A DNA stretch of 63,955 nucleotides, the filler included, from Octopus bimaculoides (lineage: Eukaryota), in assembly GCF_001194135.2 (NCBI RefSeq). It is 7 parts of 6 records of this genome, joined end to end, with 100 filler letters (N's around TTAATTAATTAA, not from the genome) between each part and the next. Parts side by side here need not be neighbours in the genome. Positions count along the whole stretch, not along the records: positions 22,604 to 49,494 come from NC_068989.1; positions 49,595 to 58,583 come from NC_068989.1; 5 more parts are not named here. One strand, given 5' to 3'. Every line of letters begins with the position of its first letter. The first letter of the stretch is position 1. Below, in pieces: positions 38,001 through 52,658 of the stretch. The notes under the pieces are model-generated. The model was not told where the DNA came from and ran no database searches. It saw only the letters and a program-made list of their open reading frames with translations. The translations under genes were made by a program, and so were the position numbers.

Positions 38001-41000
38001 GGTAACTTTTTTTTTATTTTGAGACACATTTATTTGTGCATCTTATATACCATCCAGTAAAATATGCCCTTTTTTTGTGGGGAAGACTAGATAGATTCAT
38101 ATACGACAATGACTATTTTTTACTCTTTCTGCAAGACTGATCTCACCTATTTCAATTTTCCCTGTTTCAGAGTTGGCAATAATCAATGACATATTTCACA
38201 GTTAAACATGATAAAATGTCTACTTCATGCTTGGATTTTTTTGCTTTAATAATTTTTACAAATTACAAACTTGACATTGATTTTATTAACTCAGCACCAT
38301 CTAATATCGGTGTAATGAACTTAAACTGCTAATTAATAGGGTAGAATTAAAGTAAACACTTATATGAGAAATTAGCATGCGTAATTTTATAGTCATTGAC
38401 ACCAACAGTTAGGAAAATGCTTTGCATAATGCTTGTATACTTAGATTTTTAAATTATCATTTCTTGTATTTAGTGACAACAGAAGTTGACTTCTAACTAC
38501 AGATTTTTGTCAACAAATAGAGATTTATTAAAGTGGATAAATATATATGTGTATGTAAGTGAATCGAACCCATGTGTGTTTTGTCCAGGCTCTCATCCTT
38601 TTTTATCTCTTTTTCTATTTTCCTCCTCTCTCCTGGACTTTCCTCTCGTGTCTGGAGAAGGACAATGTCTGAGATGTTATAACTTACACTCTTGTCATTC
38701 TTCCTTGAATGTCACCTTAATAACATTAACTGTGAATGCCTCTTGCACTTTTGTGGGTTTTTTTATTATTTGTGTTTGCTTTATATATATATATATAATT
38801 AGATAACAATTTACATAATTATATATATGTATGTAATCATGTAAAATGCTATCAAATACTATTAGATCAAAGTGTATTATATGAATGCAATTTTAGAAAC
38901 TTTGGTATAAACAATCTTAAGTGTAAATCTAATATAATGACACACAAATCTGAAGTTAATATCAAGATCAGCTAAAGAATTCTATACTCATGCGTCTAAT
39001 GATTTCACCTTTAGTCTTCGTCAAGTTCTCTACTTTCTAACTGGAAGTGGGTTAGACCTCATTCATCATCAATGTCAAACAGCTACTTATAGTTCACAAA
39101 TTAAGGGTCAATGTTTTTAAGTGATGGTGGGAATGGTCTTTCTACATTTAAAAAGTTTCTTTTCTCCCCAGACTGAGACATTGTTCCTGACTTAAACATG
39201 AGATAGATTATGCCCACTGGTTCATTAAAGGCAACTTACCTTTTTATGAACTGGGTGGATAATGTGATATAAAATTTGCATACACTCACTATGTCAGCCA
39301 AGAACTCAATCATCATCATCATTGTTTTTACATCCACTTTTCTATGCTAGTATGGGTCAGATCGAATTTGTTGAGGCAGATTTTCTACAGCCATATGCCT
39401 TTCTGGTTACCAACCCTCACTTGTTTCTAAGCAAGTCAATATTACTCCATGGACAGACATGCTTGCACAGAAGATTGAGAACAAAGGACATCATTGTATG
39501 ATGGTGATGATCGTTTACAACTATTGCGTAATGTCAAGACAAAGAAACACATACACAGGTAATGAGTTTCTTTTAGTTTCTGCTAACAAAAATCCTCTAA
39601 AAGTTTTGGTCAGCCCAGGGCTATAGATGAACACACTTGCTCAAGATGTCACACAGTGGTGGGACTGAACCTGAAACAATGTAGCTCAGGGGTGATAGAA
39701 ATTATATCAGTTTAATATTAGTTAGCTACAGGAGAAAAGCAAGAGCAACATATTTTGTTTGTCTTAGAATGTTATGTAATTTTTGATACAGAAATCCTGT
39801 AGAGGTAAACAGTTGAAAGCAATTTTGGAAATGTTAAAAGACAACAAAGCTATGTGACATGAACACATGAAACAATTTCACTTCTAGTAGTTAAAACAGA
39901 ACATAACAGAGAGAAGCAGACTTAGTAGTTAACACACACACACACATATATATATATATACATATGTACTAGCGCAGACAAATGAACAAATATTTTCATC
40001 AGTGCATTTTATTAAGCATTTCAAATTCTGGCATAATCGAAAGAAGTGTTACCAACATTTCAATAACAACATTACTTAGAAAAAAAGTAAAAAGACTATT
40101 ATTACTACGACTAGAACTACAATCTTTTGGGCAGATTTATATAGCTTTCACAAGAACAAAAAGATACATAATCAAAGAAACAAAAGAAAACTAATTGTGA
40201 TATTTTAACAGCCTATCCAATATTTACACAAAGCAAAGAAGTTTCCATTGCGTAAAAATAAAGTAAGTACAATTTTGATTTCCTAAATCAATGGGCTATT
40301 ACTGTAAAGAATGCATAATGTATGCAACAGCTTTAACGAATAAGATCTGTTGTACTTATCAGATGAACTATCACACACACACACACACACACACACATGA
40401 GTGATGAGATTTTACATAAAACTTACACAGCTGAGGAAATAATTTACATTTCACAAATGTTCTTATGGTATTTCCTAATTATACAAAAAAAAAAAAAATT
40501 GTCTGTCCCAGGAAGTTTGAAAAATATAAAACAATCTTTTATGACATTTAAGGCATGTGACCTAGTGTTGGGTGTTGCACTCATGATTGTGAGATGGTAG
40601 TTACGATTCCTAGACCGGCTGTGTGTTGTGTTTTTGAGCAAAACACTGCATTTCATGTTGCACCAGTCCACTCGGCTGTAAACGGGTAATATTGGGACAG
40701 ATTAGCATACAATGCAGAGATGATGGATCAGGAACATCACCCAAACAGATATCTCATGTGCCACGTTTTGTATTCACTGATCAAAAGGAAGAATAATACA
40801 ATTTGTACTGTGAATCCCAACCGGTTGGCGTTGGTCGTTCAACCACATCAAAGGTCATCATCACCATGACATATAACATTTCATAAAATAGCTAAATAAA
40901 TGTTTCCGATATTGGTGCAAAGTTAAGGTATCAATGCCAAAACAAAACAAAACAAAACATGAGTGTCAAAACTATTTCTGAGATCTATATTTAATAGCTT

Positions 41001-42058
41001 CTGATTACAGCAACAAGACAGTGTTTTACGACATTGTAAACAAGCTGTGCTGGTCTCACAATAATTGTATTTATGAGATCATTATTATTACAATTTAATG
41101 TCCATCTTCCATTCTGGCATGGGTCAGACAGTTTGACATATTCCAACAGATCTGAGGACTGCATTGTGCTCCAGCGTCCACTCTAGCATGGTTTTTATGG
41201 CTGGATGTCCTTCCTAATGCCAGCCAATTTACATCATATACCAGTTACTTTTTCATGGCATGAACATTATTGAGGTCACTATACAACCTACAAGACAAAG
41301 ATCCCGTTTGACAATAGAGAGGGAGGTGATTTTTTATGCTAAGGAATGAGCAGTCAAGTATGAGAAGGTTCCAGGGCAGAACAAGATTTTTGCTGTAGAG
41401 GAGCTACATGCCTGCTCACATTATTGAAGGGAGACTGGGGTGAAATTTTGTTGCTACTGATTGCAAAGACAAGGGAAAGTACAAATTTTAGTCCTGGTTT
41501 ATAATCATTCAAAATTCAACTGTATTAAGAAGAAACTGGTTTGCTAACATTTTCTAAGTAATACTTAAAAACTGTATTAGTTAGAAGCAAGAGCAGCAAG
41601 ACATACTGNNNNNNNNNNNNNNNNNNNNNNNNNNNNNNNNNNNNNNNNNNNNNNNNNNNNNNNNNNNNNNNNNNNNNNNNNNNNNNNNNNNNNNNNNNNN
41701 NNNNNNNNNNNNNNNNNNNNNNNNNNNNNNNNNNNNNNNNNNNNNNNNNNNNNNNNNNNNNNNNNNNNNNNNNNNNNNNNNNNNNNNNNNNNNNNNNNNN
41801 NNNNNNNNNNNNNNNNNNNNNNNNNNNNNNNNNNNNNNNNNNNNNNNNNNNNNNNNNNNNNNNNNNNNNNNNNNNNNNNNNNNNNNNNNNNNNNNNNNNN
41901 NNNNNNNNNNNNNNNNNNNNNNNNNNNNNNNNNNNNNNNNCTGAAATTTTATGAAATGCAGCCAAGTTAATAAGCATGGACAGATAGGAAGCATTACAAG
42001 GATTTCAAAAAAATATTTTCTTTTAATCATCAAAAGATACTAACCAAGAGTGACACAA

Positions 42059-42098
<40 letters not shown>

Positions 42099-43580
42099 TT
42101 GTTTCAAATTTTGGCCCAAGGCCAGTAATTTTAGCAAGAGGTAGTTAGTCGATTACTTCGACTCCAGTATTTCACTGATGCTTTATTTTATCAATCCCAA
42201 AAGGATGAAAGGCAAAGGTGGGATTTGAACTCAGAATGTAAAGAGCTGGAAGAAATGCTGCTAAGCATTTTGTCCAACATCATCAATTCTGCCTTAATGT
42301 TGATAATGAAAGCATTATATTAGAAAGCCAAAGATTAGAATATTTAAGGTTACCAAAATATATATACAATACCAACATAGCATTTTATGAATTATGGATA
42401 TTTATGCACAGAAATTAACATTTTCATATACATACAAAATTTATCATACATTAATTTCTGAGTAAAATGGTTCTTTATAGATATATAGCAACATAATGGA
42501 ATATGCAAAATTTTACGACATCCATGTTCACAAGCAAGAATCAACTGAAAGTTATATATATGTATATTGTAAGTTATATACATACACACACACACATATA
42601 TATATATAGATAGATATATTTTTTTTTCAGAATGATCTAAGCATACGATAAAAACAACAATCCCAAGAAACCATATGCAACCATGCTTCTAAAATATGAA
42701 ATGATTTCTTTATGAGCCACAAGGGTCTGAATATGAAATGTGTCATAAAAATAATATTTAATTTCAACTATTAATTATATATATATATATATTACCACAA
42801 GGTAAATTTGGTAAATGGTCCAGATTCTCCCTTATGTGGTGTATTTGAGTTCCATTCTTCCCATTTCTTGCAGACACATAGACATAAAGTCATATTGGTC
42901 TCAAATTTTGGCACAAGGCCAGTAATTTCGGTGGAGGAGGTAAGTCAATTACATCAACCCCCAACACTCAACTGGTACAAATGTTATTGATTACAAAAGG
43001 ATGAAAGGCAAAGTCGGCCTCGGTGGAATTAGAACTCAGAACGTAGTGACATGAAATGCCGCTAAGCATTTTGTCCCACAAGCTAATGACTCTACCAGCT
43101 CCCACTTTGTGTATGGGGAAATATTACCTTGCTTGGAAACAAGTGAGGGTTGGCAATAGGAAGGCATCAATCTTAAGAAAATCTGCCTCTGAATTCCATC
43201 TGAACGATGCACGAATGGAAAAATGAACATTGAAATGATGATGGTGTTTGTGTGTGTAAATTCTTTTCTTTTATGCTTTTATATGTCTCGGCAGATGCCC
43301 TTCCTATTGCCAACCCTCACATATTTCCAGGCAAGATAACATATATATTATTTAGAAATATATATTTTTCAAACATCAGTATCTGAAGAAAATGAATATT
43401 TTTCAAGAGTGAGATGATATTTTCATTAAGAAGACCTCTTAATCAATGATTCTTCTCACCAACATAATTATAAGGTTATAATGTTGTTAGATTATAGGTC
43501 TCCCCTCCCAGTTAACTATTCTTGTTTTGTCATATGATTCAAGAATTTTACATATTATCATAATAAAAAAAGATGCTTAC

Positions 43581-43721
43581 AAGATTTCCGAGGTCCTCTA
43601 GAACGTCGTCTTTCTTTCTGTGGTCTCTTTAGTGGTGTGGCTGCTGTTCGTACGCATGCTTCTAAAATTTCATCATCAGCAGTATCATACATCTCAGAAT
43701 CTGTTGTTAGACAACCTCGAC
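43581..43721 (-). CDS. FHOD: FHOD formin exon (acidic + basic pre-DAD region)
   Basis: ttccag|..|gtaagc; 141 nt, phase 1/1; (G)RGCLTTDSEMYDTADDEILEACVRTAATPLKRPQKERRRSRGPRKS. Confidence 0.93.
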
Positions 43722-44317
43722 CTGGAAGGCAAACAAAAGCATTACTCTCAAATCCTTATTACCATAGGATCTTTTATTTTTACTAGTTATAGTCATTGAA
43801 CTGCAACCAAGTTGGTGGGCACGGCTTTCAAGGGTTTAAGTTGAACAAATCAACTTTAAAGCCTGGTACTTATTCTATTGGGCTTTTTTGTCAGTCAGCA
43901 GTCCTGGCAACGAACACGCTCGGATGGTGCTCTTGGCGCTCCACTGGCACAAATGCCAGTCATGCGGTGCTGTCATCGAATTTGGTTTCGATTTCACTTG
44001 CCTCAACAGGTCTTCATAAGCAGAGTTTAGTGTCCAATGAAGGAAAGGTTCGCATAAGTGGGTTATGGTCTCACTTGGCTTGCCAGGTCTTCTCAAGCAC
44101 ACCATATTTCCAAGAAAAATAACAAAAGATAATACAGGAGGGACAAGTTAACAAATATAGTATTAGCCTAATGTTTTAATGAGAAGAGAAAGAATCTCAA
44201 TGTTTCAGCAGTTCGCTCTTCATCAAAGTAAAATATATACATTTTATATATAGATAGAATAATGATTTTTTTTTTTTTTGAGAAATCTCTGAAAGAAAAT
44301 CTGTTCAAAATACTTAC

Positions 44318-44441
44318 CAACTTTTTTCCTCAAGAGCTGACCAGGTAAACCACGTTCGTCAGCACTTGTGTAGCCATTGGCCAGTAATTTCTGTAAAGGA
44401 TCCTCTGCAACATGTTCTTTAGATTTGACAAACTTCTCAGT
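44318..44441 (-). CDS. FHOD: FHOD formin exon
   Basis: ttacag|..|gtaagt; 124 nt, phase 0/1; TEKFVKSKEHVAEDPLQKLLANGYTSADERGLPGQLLRKKV. Confidence 0.93.
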
Positions 44442-44802
44442 CTGTAAATTGAAAGTAAACAATACACATTCAGAAATAGTAAATTAAAAGACTACATTGT
44501 AAAATAGACTTAACGCCACGTATATTCTTCTTTGCTAGCATTGGTATCAATAAGAAAAAGGAATGATGATGATAATTTGTAAGATGGTCTATAATTTGTT
44601 GAATCCATTATTGTTTGCAATAGAAAAAGGCAGAACTTGATCCAATTTATATATATGCTTGGTAACCCTAGTTTACCAAGGTAGTTTCTTTATATTGGGT
44701 AAGTTAAAAATAGAGTAAATTTTTTTTTTATACTGAGTTGACTCTTATGCTCTCAGGGAATTTCAAAAATGTTTTTTTTTTGTCTTAAAGTGCAATACTT
44801 AC

Positions 44803-44995
44803 ATCAAGAATCATTTTACCACGCGTCTTCTTCCTCTCTCGTTGATTCTGTTTTTTGAGTAGCTGTTGGTTCACTTTGTCTCGAGTCGTTCGGTACTCTA
44901 GAGCAAATTCGCTGATCACTTTACAGAACTGACTAATTTTTTGGTCTTTAGCCACACTGACTGGAAGCCCCATATACATCAACAGTTTTTGGTAC
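44803..44995 (-). CDS. FHOD: FHOD formin exon (end of FH2)
   Basis: ttcag|..|gtaagt; 193 nt, phase 2/0; YQKLLMYMG..QFCKVISEFALEYRTTRDKVNQQ..RERKKTRGKMILD, matching FHOD EFALEYRT..RER.KTRGKMI. Confidence 0.96.
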
Positions 44996-45996
44996 CTGAA
45001 CAAACAAATATCACAAAAACTGTTATTACCAGAGCAAAAGAGTCCAACATAACACAGATCTAATGTTTCACACTAAGAATAATATTTACTGACAAAAAAG
45101 AAAAAAAGTACATGCCCAGATTAATGATGCTGAAAATAGCAGTTCAGTTAGCTCCAAAGTGAAACACAAGTAAAAAAAAATAATAACTAGGGTACTAAAT
45201 ATAGTATAAAACAAATAAATTTTGTTATGTTCAGAGTTGTTGAAACATGGAATAAATTACCCACATCAGTTGTTAGCTGTCACGACACTGCATCCTTCAA
45301 AAATTCCAAGCTTTCTGAAATTCACCAACACAACTCCTGGTGTAACTATGTACCCTTTTCTCCTTATGATTCTTGATGTTCACTTCTCGGTCTTTTTGCA
45401 TTTTATTTTGTGTATTATGAACATACTTCTAGGTTTCATTGCTGTTTTTCATTACTTGATTTATATGTCTGCTTCCCCCCCCCCCTCTTTTGACCTCTTT
45501 TCAACAAACTATTGTGCCAGTGACAGTAATATTCTAGGAATATCTTTATATACTATATCTTTTTAGTTGTAACATCAGTTCATTTAATTTCTATTGTAAA
45601 TGCCATTGAGAAATGCATAAACATCACACAATTTGGTATCTTTTCCCCTTAAATCTGAAATCTTATGGCTTGGTTAATAAATACTTAATTAGTACTTTTA
45701 TTCTTGATGAGGAAATGTTGATGAAAATGCATAAGAAATTTAGTGAAAAAAGTAAGAAGAAATTTTTGATGATTTAGATTTAAGAATGAGATTGTGAAAT
45801 ACTGAATCAGAAAGAGCGAGACATAAACTAAATTTTATAAAAAAGTATAAAGTTGAATTGTCAATTAGTGCTTTAGCCTTATTTATTAATAAATAATTGT
45901 AAATTACTAATCAGTATGCTTATAATCTATGCAGATATGGATGAATTTTGTCAGCAACTAAATTTATTGAAATACGAAGGAGAAATTAAGTTTTAC

Positions 45997-46071
45997 CTTG
46001 TAATAACTCTTCTGTGAATGATTTTCAAAATCATAATTCTTTCAGCAGCATCTTGTAGAAATTCACAAGTT
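45997..46071 (-). CDS. FHOD: FHOD formin exon (FH2)
   Basis: ttacag|..|gtaaaa; 75 nt, phase 2/2; TCEFLQDAAERIMILKIIHRRVITR. Confidence 0.95.
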
Positions 46072-47310
46072 CTGTAAATAAATACGAAAATTTAGGATAA
46101 GAGCATTGTTTTATATATACATTTGCCTTAATGCTTACAAACAATAATTTTAACAAGGACATGAGAAGATAAAACAAAGTCTATATTTGCCAAAAAGGAA
46201 GAACAGACATTAAAATGATGACGACAATGACAACAGCTATGATGACACCACAATGATGGCAAATCAGATGATGATGATAATGATGAATTGTCTACACTGA
46301 GAAATTGTAAGTTAAGTTTTATTCTTTTTTATATATTCATGGTCTGAAGGAAGAAGAAGCTGACATTCTTGTTGAAAAACTACAAGTAAAAAAGCGAAAA
46401 ACATTGGTAGGGAGGGAATTACAGAGGGATATAACATTCTGGAGAAGAATGATTAGCCACAATTGATAGTATTTCTTATTTCTTTATTGCCCACAAGGGG
46501 CTAAACATGGAGAGGACAAACAAGGACAGACAAAGGGATTAAGTCGATTACATTGACCCCAGTGCATAACTGGTACTTAATTTATCGACCCCGAAAGGAT
46601 GAAAGGCAAAGTCAACCTTGGCGGAATTTGAACTCAGAACATAATGGTAGATGAAATACTGCTAAGCATTTCGCCCGGCGTGCTAACGTTTCTGCCAGCT
46701 TACCGCCTTTATGTATAGTATTTCTGGATAGTATTTCTGCAAGTATGTGTATGTGTGGAGAAGAACAGGGTGATAGACATGATGTGGATGACTAGGGACA
46801 GAGTAAAGTTTTGAGTTGTGTGAGCTTAAGTGGGACTGACACAAAACCAGTGAGCTTTGAAGAACAGAAACTAATGCAGTAGTGTTAGAAAAAGCAGAGT
46901 GAAGAGACATGTTTGTAGGGCCCAGAGAGTGGAATGGAGTCATTGATTCCAAGCTTAATTCATTGATAAATTGTTGGTCTAGTACTACAAAGTTGTCCAT
47001 CTGTCATACACTGTTGCTATATTGTGGACATACTTCCAGTTTTTTTAAGAATTTATTTCAATAGAAGCAATCAAAATATTTCAAGTATATGTGTCAATGA
47101 TACCGTCCATACTGTGTCTATGGGAAGGATGACTTCCCTTTGCAAATACCGACAGGACACAGAAAGTGTGTCAATAGCCAGCTGGAGGAGATGTTCTCCT
47201 GGGGCTAAAAGCAACAGTAGCATTCACCCTTAGGGTCTAGCCGCATTTAAGTGGCAAATATACTTCACATTAAATTAATTGTTTTATAATTAAGGTTATT
47301 ATTAACTTAC

Positions 47311-47426
47311 TTGCTCTTCAAGGCTGAGCATCGGTCGTGTTTCACAACTGCTTTTAAGTGTTCCCAGGAATTTTTACAATCTAATTCCATTTTCTCCAGC
47401 TTCTCAGCAAGTTCATCCCAATCAAT
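47311..47426 (-). CDS. FHOD: FHOD formin exon (FH2)
   Basis: ttgtag|..|gtaagt; 116 nt, phase 0/2; IDWDELAEKLEKMELDCKNSWEHLKAVVKHDRCSALKSK. Confidence 0.95.
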
Positions 47427-48176
47427 CTACAAAATTCAAAGACAACATTCCAATAAAATCAACAAAAAGTACTTTTGGGAACATGTCCAGTTAAATTCAG
47501 TGAGACAAGCAGACTTGAGTACCTTAGCCAGAGGTACAGTATAAGCATTGGCTGTAATAAAGTTAGAATTCATGATGAGCACCTTAAACTCATAGCTATA
47601 GTAAACTAATTATAAATCAAAAATTTTATAAGATTTAATGATTAAGTTAAGGTACTTAAAAAATAATTATGAAAATAAAATATGAACATGAATAAATATA
47701 TATATATTTTTAAACAGAAGTATTATGTATACTCTGTATAACAGAAGAAAAGTTTCAACTCTTCTGATACTATCTTGCTAGAATCAGCCCCTGGTTCTAT
47801 TATACAAATTCCATGTTTTAAAAAAAGTAATCTATCAAAACTTCATGTTTATTTATGTTTCAAACACCAATTTAATAATGACAAAATTATTTTACTATAT
47901 TCTTCATCATTTTCAAAATTAATTGAAACAAAGGAAGTGTATCTCAACAGAAATTTTGTAATGAAAGGTTTAAATTGATCTAAATTAAGACCTTCCATCA
48001 AAATTTCATGTTGATTATGTTCCAGGCTCCAGCTTAATGGTAAAATTATTGTACTAAATTCTTTATTATTTTCAAAATTAATTAAAATAAAGACAAGTAT
48101 GTTTAAACATAAATATGGTGATAGTGAAAATTTTGAATGAAAATACAAATAGGAAGATATATAAATATTAACTTAC

Positions 48177-48338
48177 TTTTGCACACCGGTTAATGGCCCC
48201 AATCTCTGAATAAAGATCTGTACCATCTGGGAACTGCTCAATGATGATGGTGCATAAATGATGAAGTAAAGAATGTTTATGGACTGTGTCCTTCACTTCT
48301 GGTACTTTAGCCAAGTAATCTATTGTAAAGCCTTGTAC
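48177..48338 (-). CDS. FHOD: FHOD formin exon (FH2)
   Basis: tttcag|..|gtaagt; 162 nt, phase 0/0; VQGFTIDYLAKVPEVKDTVHKHSLLHHLCTIIIEQFPDGTDLYSEIGAINRCAK. Confidence 0.97.
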
Positions 48339-48938
48339 CTGAAACAGACATTAATAGGTGAGATATCATTTTATGAGGAGTGGCTGAGTAAAAGATATCT
48401 GGGTTTGCTTATGGTGAAGCTTCTGCTGAGTTTCAAATCATCTTGTTCATATAATCCAGTTTAGAATCACAGCCTAACTATATTGTCATAAAAAGAAAAG
48501 GCCAGCTATGACAAATTAAATGTGTCGTCATAAAATGTATTAATGCCTACATGAGCATGGTTCAACTAATCAGATTGGCTAGTGTGTAACCAAAGAAGCA
48601 GTAGACTTGGAATCAGTTTTGTGGATTTTCTCACCTAATAGTCTTGTCAAAGGTTCTGGAATCTTAACCGAATGTTATAAAAAACTAAGGTACTGAACAC
48701 CAAAACAGAACAGCCTCAAGTGCTACACAGAACTGAGAGACTGACAGAGAGACAGATAAAGAAAGAAAGAAAAAAAAGAAGGAGGAAGGGAAGGACTACA
48801 AGTTCAGTGATCTTTCAAAAGAATAATTTTTTTAATCATATGAAATTATAATGATTCAAATAAAACAAGGGGAACTGAGGAGACTAATGGAATAATCCTA
48901 AAAACAAAAATATCAAAAAATAAAGCTGTATATCTTAC

Positions 48939-49058
48939 CTGTGTACCATTCAAGAAACTACCAATAGCTAACATTGCAGATAATATGTACTTGAATGTTT
49001 TATTAACAAGTAATTCTTCAATTCCTTTCTTCAAGTCCATTAATGGTTCTGCAATTTC
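48939..49058 (-). CDS. FHOD: FHOD formin exon (FH2), most 5' exon visible
   Basis: ttccag|..|gtaaga; 120 nt, phase 0/0; [40 protein letters not shown]. Confidence 0.97.
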
Positions 49059-49849
49059 CTGGAAGAGAAACAAGGACAGATCAGTTATTTAAAACACATC
49101 CATACTTGACTGAAAGTTAACATTTATTATTGTTTGTTGGCACTCCGTTGGTTAAGACGTCGAGGGTTCCAGTTGATCCGATCAACGGAACAGCCTGCTC
49201 GTGAAATTAACGTGCAAGTGGCTGAGCACTCCACAGACACGTGTACCCTTAACATAGTTCTCACGGATATTCAGCGTGACACGGAGTGTGACAAGGCTGA
49301 CCCTTTGAATTACAGGCACAACAGAAACAGGAAGAAAGAGTGAGAGAAAGTTGTGGTGGAAGAATACAGCAGGGTTCGCCACCATCCCCTGCTGGAGCCT
49401 CGTGGAGCTTTAGGTGTATTCGCTCAATAAACACTCACAACGCCCGGTCTGGGAATCGAAACCGCAATCCTATGACCGCGAGTCCGCTGCCCTANNNNNN
49501 NNNNNNNNNNNNNNNNNNNNNNNNNNNNNNNNNNNNNNTTAATTAATTAANNNNNNNNNNNNNNNNNNNNNNNNNNNNNNNNNNNNNNNNNNNNTATATA
49601 CAACGGGCCTCTTTCAGTTTCTGTCGACCACATCCACTCACAGGACTTTGGTTGACCTGATGTTATAGTAGAAGACACCTACCCAAGTTGCCACGCAGTG
49701 GGACTGAACTCTGAACTATGTGATTGGGAAGCCACTCCTGTGCCTATGTGTTTGTGTATGTATATATGCACGTACGAATGTGTGTATGTATGTATTCGCG
49801 TGTGTGTATGTATGTATGTTTGTTTGCATGAATGTATGTATGTGTTGTG

Positions 49850-49851
49850 TA

Positions 49852-49891
<40 letters not shown>

Positions 49892-49902
49892 TNNNNNNNN
49901 NN

Positions 49903-49936
<34 letters not shown>

Positions 49937-50482
49937 TGTGTGTGTGTGTGTGTGTGTGCACACGTGTCTCAGAAATATTGACCAGGAGGGAAACAAATTC
50001 TACAGTGGTTGAAACAGGTTATATGAGTTTCGATGTGGGGTAATTTAAACACCAAATGCTGGAGAACCAAAGCACACACACAACGTACACGCACATGCAC
50101 AAAAGACACATACACACACAGACATAAGCACACATACATATACATACATGAGGTGGCCCACATATAAGCCCACGTGCTTACGCGTACATACACACTGCGC
50201 ACGCACAAATACGTCACGCGCACACACACACAAACATCGCATACACATACATAGTGCACACAAATACATTGCGCACACTCGCACCTACACACATACACAC
50301 ACATACACACACATACAAAGCACACAAAATCATCGCGCCCACGCAAACATTGCGCGCACAGAAACATCGCGCACGCAAACATATCGCACACATACAGATC
50401 GCGCACACACACACACACACATCGCGCGTACGCATACACATCACACACACACACACACACATGCATATAAACACACAAACAA

Positions 50483-50520
<38 letters not shown>

Positions 50521-50580
50521 GTGCTTGCACGCGCATACGCGTGACCTACCAGAGCACGATTCCCCTGTGCACACGCACCA
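49850..50580. repeat. Compound degenerate (TG)/(CA) microsatellite region
   Basis: Direct sequence. Similar CA/TA/TACA tracts occur throughout (e.g. 6230-6495, 13480-13680, 59740-59980, 60530-60790). Confidence 0.95.
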
Positions 50581-50995
50581 GCACCACAGAACACCTAATA
50601 CGTATATTTAATGCGTAATGTTTTATACAAACACCCATATTCTCACACACATAGTATGAAATATATTTGATATGAAATGTAGACTGCAAACACAGCATAA
50701 ATTTCAACGTGACAAGTATGTTTACCAACATTACACAATCATTGAATTTTATTATGCTGCTGACCTTGGCTGGATTCGATTTCTTTTTCTTTTCTATCTA
50801 TTGCATTTTATTTTTCTGTTTGCCTATTTTAAAATTACTTCACTGACATTCTTACGTACATGTACGCACACACGTCAGCAAACGCGCAAAGAAAGACGCA
50901 ATCGCGTGCGCACGCAGACACGCACAGACACACGTACAAACAATATCATACAACAGTCTTGTGAACGCACGCTTGCACACGTATCTGTGCATATT

Positions 50996-51032
<37 letters not shown>

Positions 51033-52287
51033 NNNNNNNNNNNNNNNNNNNNNNNNNNNNNNNNNNNNNNNNNNNNNNNNNNNNNNNNNNNNNNNNNNNN
51101 NNNNNNNNNNNNNNNNNNNNNNNNNNNNNNNNNNNNNNNNNNNNNNNNNNNNNNNNNNNNNNNNNNNNNNNNNNNNNNNNNNNNNNNNNNNNNNNNNNNN
51201 NNNNNNNNNNNNNNNNNNNNNNNNNNNNNNNNNNNNNNNNNNNNNNNNNNNNNNNNNNNNNNNNNNNNNNNNNNNNNNNNNNNNNNNNNNNNNNNNNNNN
51301 NNNNNNNNNNNNNNNNNNNNNNNTATACGTATATATGCATATATATGCATGTGTGTGTGTGTATGTACTTCTTTAAATGACGGTCTGACCGTCTGCCAAG
51401 CAAATGGGAAGCAGTAATTGAGGTAGATGGTGAATATGCTCCGGAAATTTTTTGTTACATGTTGTTATTGTTTTCGTTGAATAAAATTTGTTGAAAAAAA
51501 AGCCACAATAATTATGCACCAACCCAATATAAACATGCGTGTGTGTGTGTGTGTGTGTAAGCGCCCACGCATGTATGTGTGTATGTGTTAAAACATATGT
51601 ATATATGGGTACATGTATATATGTATAATTTTGTTTATATATATATATATGTATACACACACACACACACATATATATATGTAAAATTATACATACATTT
51701 ACAATTATACATGAGTGTAGTTTTGTATGTATATTGATGTCTGCGTGTTTGTGTGTGAGTGAGTGAAAGCGAGAGAGAGAGAGAGAGAGGTAAAGAGTGA
51801 GAGAGAGAGAGAGAGAGAGAGATAGAGAGAACAAGAGAATGAGAGGTAGAGTGGAGTATAGAGTCTATGCGTATATACTCACACACACCTTGCAAATACA
51901 TCCACAGCGTGCACCCACATATATAAATAATGTTTTGTTCATCTTTGAAAGGTGTACATGCTTAACATTCCTTTAGAGCCGAACACTTTGGCGTCAGTGT
52001 CATTTTAACATCATCAGTGAATGCGTAATGAAGCTCCTCGCCTGTTAGATCAGTTTTAATTTTTGTGATCTAGTATTTCTGCGGGTAAAAATAGTTAATA
52101 GTTGAAAAATCCAGGCCACCTCCATGTATATGGCGATTATAAGAAGAAACATCTTAGGAACTTAAACAAATTTACTAGAAAATCGTTAAAAGGTTTATAA
52201 AGTGTTGGTTTATAAATTGAAGAGGTGAGGTAAATACACCAGCATCGGTTGTCAAGCGATGTTGGGGGGACACACACAGACACACAA

Positions 52288-52322
<35 letters not shown>

Positions 52323-52594
52323 CCTGTATACGACGGGCTTCTTTCAATTTCCGTCTGCCNNNNNNNNNNACACACACACACACATATATATATATACCTG
52401 TATACGACGGGCTTCTTTCAATTTCCGTCTGCCAAACCCACTCACAAGGCTTTGGTCGGCCCGAGGCTATAGTAGAAGACACTTGCCCAAGATGCCACGC
52501 AGCAGGACTGAACCCGAAACCATGTGGTTCGTAAGCAAGCTACTTACCAGACAGACAATCCTATATATATATATATATATATATNNNNNNNNNN

Positions 52595-52658
<64 letters not shown>

